Source: Candidatus Sericytochromatia bacterium
Lineage (GTDB): Bacteria > Cyanobacteriota > Sericytochromatia > S15B-MN24 > JAQBPE01
Assembly: GCA_035285125.1 (NCBI GenBank)
Contig: JAYKHR010000097.1
Location: 1-14,382, forward strand
DNA length: 14,382 nucleotides
Direction: 5' to 3'
A program made the translations under genes and the position numbers. Below the pieces are notes generated by a model. That model saw only the letters and a program-made list of their open reading frames with translations, ran no database searches and was not told the origin of the DNA. Below, in pieces: positions 8,212 to 14,382 of the stretch (position 1 is the first letter of the stretch; the number at the start of each line of letters is the position of its first letter).

Positions 8212-8275
8212 CGGGGGGCCTCCTGTTCGTGCAAGGGGGACAGTTGACACCATAGGACCCACCAGATGCAGGCCC

Positions 8276-8294
8276 ATCGTGCAGCTTGCACGAT
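8276..8294. promoter_or_regulatory. Palindromic operator-like site ATCGTGCA-gct-TGCACGAT in a divergent intergenic region
   Basis: Perfect 8-bp inverted arms around a 3-nt spacer, with an extra half-site TCGTGCAA at 8227-8234. Lies between divergent genes starting at 8211 and 8409. Confidence 0.45.
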
Positions 8295-8316
8295 TTGTTT
8301 CGCCGTCGTGTCGCGG

Positions 8317-8341
8317 GTTCGAACCCGTCGGGGCGGGGTAT
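8317..8341 (+). promoter_or_regulatory. Possible SigB/SigF-type promoter GTTC-N15-GGGTAT
   Basis: One mismatch to the GTTT-N15-17-GGGWAW consensus, ~67 nt upstream of ATG 8409. Confidence 0.35.
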
Positions 8342-8408
8342 GCAACTGACAGACCAGGGTCAGCTCCGATCGCCCCCGCGGCGGCCCCGAACACGCGTGA
8401 GGAAGCCC

Positions 8409-9065
8409 ATGGAACCCATCGCCCCCCTCGGCGCCACCCCCTCTGCCGGCGGCACCTCGCCGCTGTCCCCTCTGCCGCCCGGGCTCCGGGGCCCCCTGCC
8501 CCCGAAAAGCCCCCCCAGGACCGGCGGCACGGCCCGCGCCGTGGCGCCAGGGGCGCGCGGCGCCCGGGCCGTGGTGGTGGTGGACGGCAACCCCACCTGG
8601 GACGCGCTCAACGCGGCCGTCGGCGCGGCCGAGGAGATGACGGCCGAGGAGATGAGGGCCGAGGAGATGAGGGCCGAGGAGGCCGTGCGGGCCGCGCGCG
8701 CGCTCGCCGCCACGGGGCCCCTCAACGAGTTGGAGAACACCTCGGGCACCTCGGCGAAGTGGGCCCGGATCCAGATGCTCTCGCGTCGGCTCCGCCAGCT
8801 CAAGGTCAAGCGGGAGCGGCTTGTCGAGGTGATGGGCCGCAACGGTGTCCTGGTCAAGCGGGCGCGCCTTGGGCTCGGTGAGATGCGTGACGCCCTGCGG
8901 GGCGCCACGGGCCCTGCGGCCACCTCGATGCGCAGCGCCGTCGAGCGGATGGAGGCCTTCATCAAGCGGCTCGAGAACAAGATGACGGAGGATCAGACCC
9001 AGCTGAGCTTGCTCGACCGCCAGATCGGCGACATCGAGGCCGAGCTCAGCGCGCTCGGGGGGTGA
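8409..9065 (+). CDS. Hypothetical protein, 218 aa, Pro/Gly-rich N-terminus and C-terminal coiled coil
   Basis: GAGG SD before ATG 8409 and strong GC3 bias. Heptad-like C-terminus (MEAFIKRLENKMTEDQTQLSLLDRQIGDIEAELSAL). Confidence 0.7.
   Translation: MEPIAPLGATPSAGGTSPLSPLPPGLRGPLPPKSPPRTGGTARAVAPGARGARAVVVVDGNPTWDALNAAVGAAEEMTAEEMRAEEMRAEEAVRAARALAATGPLNELENTSGTSAKWARIQMLSRRLRQLKVKRERLVEVMGRNGVLVKRARLGLGEMRDALRGATGPAATSMRSAVERMEAFIKRLENKMTEDQTQLSLLDRQIGDIEAELSALGG
8627..8681. repeat. 15-bp in-frame tandem repeat (ggccgaggagatga(c/g)) x ~3.7, encoding AEEMT-AEEMR-AEEMR-AEE
   Basis: Units start at 8627, 8642 and 8657, with a partial unit at 8672. Confidence 0.9.
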
Positions 9066-9094
9066 GCGTCGCCCTCGCGGGCGGCCCTGCGGCG

Positions 9095-9103
9095 TGGTAA
9101 CCT
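9095..9103 (+). promoter_or_regulatory. Extended -10 promoter (TGgTAACCT) for a leaderless transcript
   Basis: TG-n-TANNNT ends 6 nt before ATG 9110, and no SD is present upstream of the ATG. Confidence 0.55.
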
Positions 9104-9109
9104 CCGCGC

Positions 9110-9835
9110 ATGTCCTCAGAGGCCCTGATCGGGGCGGCGCTTCGGCTGCGTGACGCCGTCTCGGCGCTCGGCTTTGCCCCGCCCGTCACCCACGTCTACA
9201 ACCCGCTCGATCACGCCTGGTCGGTCCACGAGGCCTACCTGCGCACCTACGGCGCTGGCCCCAAGGACGTCGTCTTCGTCGGGATGAACCCGGGGCCCTT
9301 TGGCATGGCCCAGACGGGCGTGCCCTTTGGCGAGGTGGCCGCTGTGCGTGACTTCCTGCGGCTCTCAGGGCCCGTCGGGCAGCCCCCCGCTGTCCACCCC
9401 AAGCGGCCCGTCGAGGGCTTCGCCTGCGCCCGCAGCGAGGTCTCGGGCCGGCGGCTGTGGGGGGCCGTGGCAGATGCCTTCGGCACGCCGGAGGCCTTCT
9501 TCTCGGGCCACCTCGTGCTCAACTACTGCCCGCTGGCGTTCATGGAGGCCTCCGGGCGCAACCGCACGCCGGACCAGCTGCCTGCCCACGAGCGCCAGCC
9601 GCTCTTCGAGGCCTGCGATGCCCACCTCCGCGAGGCCGTCGTGGCGCTGAGCTCCCGCTGGGTCGTGGGCGTCGGCCACTTCGCCGAGGGCCGGGCCCGG
9701 GCCGCGCTGGCGGGCCTGCCGGTGCAACTCGGGCGCATCAGCCACCCGAGCCCGGCGAGCCCGGCCGCGAACCGGGGCTGGGAGGCCCTGGTGGCGGCCG
9801 AGCTCGCGGCGCTGGGGCTGAGCTGGGGTCAGTAG
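9110..9835 (+). CDS. SMUG1-like (family 3) single-strand-selective monofunctional uracil-DNA glycosylase, 241 aa
   Basis: Diagnostic motif 1 GMNPGPFGMAQTGVPFG, plus VYNPL, RSEVSGRRLW, NYCPL, GRNRTP and motif 2 HPSPASPAANRGW. Confidence 0.93.
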   Translation: MSSEALIGAALRLRDAVSALGFAPPVTHVYNPLDHAWSVHEAYLRTYGAGPKDVVFVGMNPGPFGMAQTGVPFGEVAAVRDFLRLSGPVGQPPAVHPKRPVEGFACARSEVSGRRLWGAVADAFGTPEAFFSGHLVLNYCPLAFMEASGRNRTPDQLPAHERQPLFEACDAHLREAVVALSSRWVVGVGHFAEGRARAALAGLPVQLGRISHPSPASPAANRGWEALVAAELAALGLSWGQ

Positions 9836-11457
9836 AGCGTGGTCCGGAAGCTGCGCACGGGGCCCTCGGCCACCCGGCCCGCCGCGTCGCGGGAGCGCAC
9901 CTTGTAGTAGTAGGTGGTCATCCGCCGCAGGTCGCCGAGCCGCACGCGGTGGGCCGTCAGCAGCGCGGCGTCGGGCGGGGTGGCCTGCCCCAGCTGCGGC
10001 GTGGCGCCGAAGAGCACCTGGCTGTCCGCAGGCTCGCTGGTGAGCCAGCGGATCGTCGCCCGCGTGGCACGTGGCACGGCCGCCACGCCGCCGAGGCGCA
10101 GGGGCACGGGCGGCCGCGCGGAGGGCGCGGGGCCCGGGGGGGCCACCGAGGGCGCTCTCGACGGGGGCGGCAGGGGGATCATCGAGGGTGCTGGCGAGGG
10201 GGCCTCTGACGGCGCCACGGAGGGCGTCGGGGCTGGCGAGGCAGGCAGCGTGGGGGCGGCCGAGGGCCCGGGCGTCGGCACGGCCCGCAGCGCCGCGAGC
10301 ACGTCGAGGCGCCGCACCTGCGGCGTCAGCGGGAAGCCGGCCACGGGGGCGCCGGAGCCCACGAGGGCCGCGCGGACCTGGGCCGCGGAGAGGCCGGGGT
10401 GCGCCCCCCACACCACGGCGGCGGCGGCGGCCACATGCGGGGCTGCCATGCTGGTGCCGCTGAGGGTCGTGGTGCCTCCGCCGAGCTTGGTGCTGAGGAT
10501 GCGCTCGCCCGGCGCCGCGATGCCCACGTACGTCCCGTGGTTCGAGAAGCTGGCGCGCCGGTCCGACGACGTCGTGGCGCCCACGGCCAGCACCTCTGGG
10601 TAGGACGCGGGGTAGGTCGCGGCCGTCGTGTCCTCGTTGCCGGCCGCGACGACCACCAGCACCCCGGCGGCGGCCGCCTGCTGGATGGCGGCGCGCAGCG
10701 TCTGGCCGTCGGAGGGGCCACCGAGGCTCAGGTTCAGCACCTTGGCCCCCCGGCGCACGGCCTCGAGCACGCCGTCGGCGATGTCGGAGAGGGCGCCCGA
10801 GCCCTCGGCATCGAGCACGCGGATGGCAAGCACCCGGGCCGCCGGGGCCACGCCGGCCACGCCGAGGCCGTTGTTCATCAGCGCCGCGATCGTGCCGGCC
10901 ACGTGGGTGCCGTGGCCCTGCTCGTCCTGGGGTTGCTCGTCGTGGTCCACCAGGTCGGGCCCCGCCACGACCTGCCCGGTGAGGTCGTCGTGGCGCAGGT
11001 CGACGCCCGTGTCGAGCACGGCCACCTGGACGCCCTTGCCGCGGGCCACCTCCCAGGCCGCCGGGGCCTGGATCTTCGGCAGGGCCCACTGCTGGCTGGC
11101 AGACGGGTCGTCAGGCAGGGCCGCCGTCATGTAGAGCCGGTGGTCGGGCTCGGCCCACTCCACGGCGGGGTCCGCCCGCAGGGAGGCGAGCAGGGCGTCC
11201 CGGTCGGCGACGCTCTCGGCGCGCAGCACCTCGGTCCGTTCCAGCCGCAGCGTCCGCAGCAGCCGGGCGCGGGCGTGGCTCGCGGCCAGCCGCCCGGGCC
11301 GGTGGCGCACGATCACGGCCAGCGGCTCGGGGGCCGCGGCCAGCCTGTAGGTGGTGGGGGGGGGGCCGGCCAGGGCCGGCAGGCGCGTGGTGGGCGCCTG
11401 GCAGCCCGCAAGCGCCAGGAGCAGAGCCCCGATCAGGGGGCGGGTGGGTCGGATCAT
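9829..11457 (-). CDS. S8 (subtilisin/thermitase-like) serine peptidase lipoprotein with Pro-rich linker and C-terminal FN3-like domain, 542 aa
   Basis: Start ATG 11457 with SD GAGGT. Signal peptide MIRPTRPLIGALLLALAGC has a lipobox, followed by a propeptide ending VEWAEPD. Catalytic triad VLDTG / HGTHVAG / GTSMAAP and oxyanion AAGN. Tail ATIRWLT...HRVRLGDL...TTYYYKVRSRDAAG. Confidence 0.93.
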   Translation of the reverse strand: MIRPTRPLIGALLLALAGCQAPTTRLPALAGPPPTTYRLAAAPEPLAVIVRHRPGRLAASHARARLLRTLRLERTEVLRAESVADRDALLASLRADPAVEWAEPDHRLYMTAALPDDPSASQQWALPKIQAPAAWEVARGKGVQVAVLDTGVDLRHDDLTGQVVAGPDLVDHDEQPQDEQGHGTHVAGTIAALMNNGLGVAGVAPAARVLAIRVLDAEGSGALSDIADGVLEAVRRGAKVLNLSLGGPSDGQTLRAAIQQAAAAGVLVVVAAGNEDTTAATYPASYPEVLAVGATTSSDRRASFSNHGTYVGIAAPGERILSTKLGGGTTTLSGTSMAAPHVAAAAAVVWGAHPGLSAAQVRAALVGSGAPVAGFPLTPQVRRLDVLAALRAVPTPGPSAAPTLPASPAPTPSVAPSEAPSPAPSMIPLPPPSRAPSVAPPGPAPSARPPVPLRLGGVAAVPRATRATIRWLTSEPADSQVLFGATPQLGQATPPDAALLTAHRVRLGDLRRMTTYYYKVRSRDAAGRVAEGPVRSFRTTLY

Positions 11458-11695
11458 CGAGTGGACCTCGGCAGGGGGTTCGGAGGGCAGGGCGCGCCAC
11501 AGCGGCGCACCCCCCCCATTCCCGGGGGGGACGTGGCGGGACACGCGGCAGCCGGGCGTTTTCTGCCGCGGGCCGCCTGGCGCAAGCGGGCACGGTGGGG
11601 GGCCTTGACGCGAGGTAGCCCTTTCCCGGGGCCGTGGCTCGGGGAAGGCCCCGCGCCGGCGTGGCAGCTGGTAGGGGGCCGCTAGGTCGAAACTA

Positions 11696-11736
11696 ATTAA
11701 CCTTTTGTTAACGGATTTTTACTAAACTGTTATCAG
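11696..11736 (+). promoter_or_regulatory. AT-rich divergent promoter region with four 11-bp-phased direct repeats (OmpR/PhoB-type box, Pho-box-like)
   Basis: ATTAACCT-ttt-GTTAACGG-att-TTTACTAA-act-GTTATCAG at 11696, 11707, 11718 and 11729. The only strongly AT-rich island in the window. Confidence 0.55.
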
Positions 11737-11794
11737 GGTTTGCCCCCACCCGCGCCCACAACCAGGGTGTGTCCCCTGGCTGGAGGAGCTCCCC

Positions 11795-12973
11795 TTGACC
11801 GCCGTGCCCGTCACCGTCTCCCCGCGACCCTTGTCTGCCGCCCCCGTGCGGTCGGCTGCTCCGGCAGAGCCGCTGGCTGCGCCCCTGGCGCCCGCGTCCT
11901 CTGATCCCGTGATGGCCCCGGATTCTCTCGTGCGAAGCGAGCCCCCTGCCCGGGTCGGCGAGGTCGAGGGCCAGGCGCCGCGCAACCCGTCGCTGCGCGA
12001 GAAGGTGGCGATCGCCGAGAGGCTGATGGGCCGCAAGGTCCGCTACGACGAGGCGCAGCTGCAGGCCTACCTGAAGGGGCTGGAGCGCAGCCTCCCACAG
12101 GACGCCTACGACCCGGACGGGTTCCTCGCGAACCTGGGCGTCACCAACATCCGCTCGGGCGGGTGGACGGATCGCAACTTCGTGGAGACGGTGCGCACCG
12201 TGAAGGACTACCGGCCTCGCACGACGCTCAACGGGGAGCTGATCGGGGCGCAGCAGGCCGCGTTCGACTTCGCCATGGCCAACCCGCGCTTCTTCCTGGC
12301 CCTCACCCGCGTCGCCAACCCCATCATCGAGGCCAAGGCCCGGCTCGATGCCGACTGGAAGGAGCCCTTCCGCCTTCGCCAGGCGCCCAAGCCCACGGAC
12401 GAGAACCCCCTCGTGCGCTACAAGGACGCCCTGGACAAGGTCGGGGCCTGGAGCTGGCGCTTCGGTCCCGACTTCCACTACGGCCTGCCCGTCATCTACG
12501 ACCCCGCGAAGCCGGGCTACGGCACCTACCAGATCGCCCGCGGCATGGGCTTCACGGACGAGATGGCCCGGCGGCTCGGCACGATGAGCCAGGGCATCGA
12601 CGACAACACCACGCCCTACGGGAAGACGGGCCCCTCGCCCTTCCAGGCCATGGACCGCCACTTCAACCTCGACCGCAAGGCGCAGGACACGCGCCTGATC
12701 TTCGCTGCGAACCACCTGTCCGCGGCGATCCAGCTCGCCAAGGTGGGCTCCTTCGCCGAGGCCGAGATCGAGCTCGGCTGCGGGCTGCACTCGCTGCAGG
12801 ACGTCTTCGCCCACGGCCAGCTCTCGCCCAGCGTGCACGGCATCATCGGGGAATACCCGGACGACGTGGACCTCAACCCCGTCGCCCTCTACGACGCCAC
12901 CACGGCCACGGCCGCTTACCTGGCCGCCTACCTCGAGGGCATCACCAAGCCAGACACCGCAGAGGCCCCGTGA
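11795..12973 (+). CDS. Hypothetical protein with C-terminal Het-C / Zn-dependent phospholipase C-P1 nuclease-like domain, 392 aa
   Basis: TTG start preceded by SD GGAGGAG and strong GC3 bias. Metal-ligand-like motifs DFHYG, GIDD, RHFN, LHSLQDVFAH, VHG and PDD. Low-complexity Ala/Pro N-terminus. Confidence 0.7.
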   Translation: MTAVPVTVSPRPLSAAPVRSAAPAEPLAAPLAPASSDPVMAPDSLVRSEPPARVGEVEGQAPRNPSLREKVAIAERLMGRKVRYDEAQLQAYLKGLERSLPQDAYDPDGFLANLGVTNIRSGGWTDRNFVETVRTVKDYRPRTTLNGELIGAQQAAFDFAMANPRFFLALTRVANPIIEAKARLDADWKEPFRLRQAPKPTDENPLVRYKDALDKVGAWSWRFGPDFHYGLPVIYDPAKPGYGTYQIARGMGFTDEMARRLGTMSQGIDDNTTPYGKTGPSPFQAMDRHFNLDRKAQDTRLIFAANHLSAAIQLAKVGSFAEAEIELGCGLHSLQDVFAHGQLSPSVHGIIGEYPDDVDLNPVALYDATTATAAYLAAYLEGITKPDTAEAP

Positions 12974-13061
12974 CCGCGAGCGGGCCGGGCCCTGTGCGCG
13001 GCCTGTTCGGGACGGTTGGGGTGAGCCGGGACCCTCGCGAGGCCCCGGCATCGGCATGTGA

Positions 13062-13092
13062 GCCCCTCGCGCGCGGCCCGAACGCGAGGGGC
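13062..13092. terminator. GC-rich intergenic stem-loop (possible terminator or mRNA stabiliser)
   Basis: 10-bp arms gcccctcgcg / cgcgaggggc, with a second imperfect hairpin at 13025-13049. No U-tract. Confidence 0.3.
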
Positions 13093-13149
13093 CTCCTGGG
13101 AAGCAACCTCTGACGCAAGGGTTGGTCTTCAACAGGCCATAACCCATGC

Positions 13150-14172
13150 ATGACCACGGCTTCATTCTTGCGCGCGACCCTCGCCCTGGCCCTTGCCTCC
13201 ACCTGGCTGGCGGGGTGTGGCGCCGCGCGGCCGGTTGGTCTGGCCCTCGGCGCCAAGCGCCCGGCGGCCCGCGGCCCGGCGATCCGCGAGGCCGAGCCCC
13301 AGCCGGCGGGGGGGCCCGAGATCGAGCCCGAGCTGCGGCTTGCGATCACCGAGGACGCCTTCACGCGCCTGCGCGCCGCCTTCCCCTTCGAGGCCCAAAC
13401 GCCGCGCGTCGACCACGACTACGACCTCTGGGACGGTCGGGCCTTTCGCCGGGCGGTGGACCCCACGGCGCCCCGGCTGCGGCTCAAGGTCAGGCCCGAC
13501 AAGGTCACGTGGCAGGTGTCCCGCGTGCTGGAGCGCCGGACGCTCGATGCGGCCGGGTTGCCGATCGGCCTCACCACCCTCCAGAGTGAAGACGGCTCGC
13601 TGTCGCCGGGCGCTGCCCGGGCCCTGCTCGAGCCCACGGAGCGCTTCTTCCTGCAGCTCGACGAGGGCGGGGAGCGCCTCCGGCAGCAGGCTGCCGGCGT
13701 GGACTTCGCCTGGCGCGCCCTCCCCTGGTCAGGCGCCCCGGCCTTTGGTTGGGCGCCGGCGCCCCTGTTGGCGGGGCCGCCCCTGGCTGCCGCCGACGCG
13801 CTGCCGCCCGCCACGCCCATGCTGGTCCCCGCCGCCACCAAGCGCCGCCACGGCTGGAAGACCCTGCTGCCGCGGGAGCAGGTGGGTGGGGGCCTCCGCC
13901 TCTTCCTGCACTTCGACGAGGCGCGTGACGAGGTGGGGCGCTGGCGCGACAGCTTCGAGGTCGAGGCCGAGCCCACCGAGCGCACGGGGCGAGAGGCCCT
14001 CGAGGCCGCCGCCGCGGAGCTCGGCCGCCTGCTCGCGGCCCACGGCATCACGCGGGGGGACGTGGCCCCGCAGCGTGGCGACGCCACGGCCTACACGGCC
14101 GACAGGCTCACCCTGCTGGCCCCCACCTCACCCTTCGTGATGCCTGCTCTTCAGGGCCTGCGCGAGCGCTGA
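13150..14172 (+). CDS. Putative lipoprotein with CYTH (triphosphate tunnel metalloenzyme)-like domain, 340 aa
   Basis: Signal peptide with lipobox LAGC. EIEPELR (ExExK-like), DHDYD, RLRLK, HFD and FEVEAE occur in CYTH order. Confidence 0.6.
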   Translation: MTTASFLRATLALALASTWLAGCGAARPVGLALGAKRPAARGPAIREAEPQPAGGPEIEPELRLAITEDAFTRLRAAFPFEAQTPRVDHDYDLWDGRAFRRAVDPTAPRLRLKVRPDKVTWQVSRVLERRTLDAAGLPIGLTTLQSEDGSLSPGAARALLEPTERFFLQLDEGGERLRQQAAGVDFAWRALPWSGAPAFGWAPAPLLAGPPLAAADALPPATPMLVPAATKRRHGWKTLLPREQVGGGLRLFLHFDEARDEVGRWRDSFEVEAEPTERTGREALEAAAAELGRLLAAHGITRGDVAPQRGDATAYTADRLTLLAPTSPFVMPALQGLRER

Positions 14173-14188
14173 CGCCGCGCGCGGGCGG

Positions 14189-14382
14189 CTACCAGCCCGC
14201 GTCGCGGAGGATCTTGTCGGCCTCGATGACGTAGCGCGAGAACAGGCTCTCCCCACGCGCGTCCTGCACGTTCTTGGCGCGGCCGAGGTCCCGCCTGGCG
14301 CGCGCCAGGTCGCGGGCCTTCATGACGTTGGCGTACATCGCGTTGAGGTACTTCCCGATCTCCATGTCCGGGTCGTTCAGCG
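14189..14382 (-). CDS. 3' end of a hypothetical protein (truncated by window edge; absent from the ORF track)
   Basis: Open frame ...LNDPDMEIGKYLNAMYANVMKARDLARARRDLGRAKNVQDARGESLFSRYVIEADKILRDAGW, ending in TAG at 14191-14189. Almost all codons end in G/C. Confidence 0.7.
   Translation of the reverse strand, partial: LNDPDMEIGKYLNAMYANVMKARDLARARRDLGRAKNVQDARGESLFSRYVIEADKILRDAGW

Noticed and set aside
8244..8272. Perfect TTGACA -35 hexamer on the plus strand
   Set aside because: No -10-like hexamer at 16-18 nt spacing; it overlaps a better minus-strand -10 candidate.
8300..8335. GGGTTCGAACCC resembles a tRNA T-arm (tRNA gene or att-site remnant)
   Set aside because: The stem closes a 6-nt rather than 7-nt loop. 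No acceptor stem, D-arm, anticodon arm or CCA can be built, and no integrase is nearby.
9365..13165. Long alternative ORFs 9365-11089, 10399-11685 and 11708-13165
   Set aside because: Off-frame or antisense to well-supported genes, with low-complexity translations.

Overview
Very GC-rich bacterial window (roughly three-quarters G+C by eye), densely coding. Left half (272-6569, minus strand): a translationally coupled five-gene surface-polysaccharide operon. It encodes wzm, wzt with a C-terminal carbohydrate-binding-type extension, a SAM methyltransferase ending in a 28-aa-repeat coiled coil (WbdD-like chain terminator/ruler), a HAD-phosphatase + phosphoribosyltransferase-like protein (probable ribofuranosyltransferase) and a GT4 glycosyltransferase. 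Together these suggest an ABC-exported, methyl-capped, ribofuranose-containing glycan. Right half: an FAD/NAD(P)-binding oxidoreductase, a likely unannotated 52-aa protein, a coiled-coil hypothetical with a 15-bp tandem repeat, a probably leaderless SMUG1-type uracil-DNA glycosylase, and an S8 subtilase lipoprotein with an FN3-like tail. After an AT-rich island with four 11-bp-phased Pho-box-like repeats come a Het-C/Zn-phospholipase-C-like protein and a CYTH-like lipoprotein, a possible phosphate-scavenging module. Partial genes lie at both edges. No rRNA, tRNA, CRISPR or mobile element was seen. All family calls come from motif reading, not database searches.
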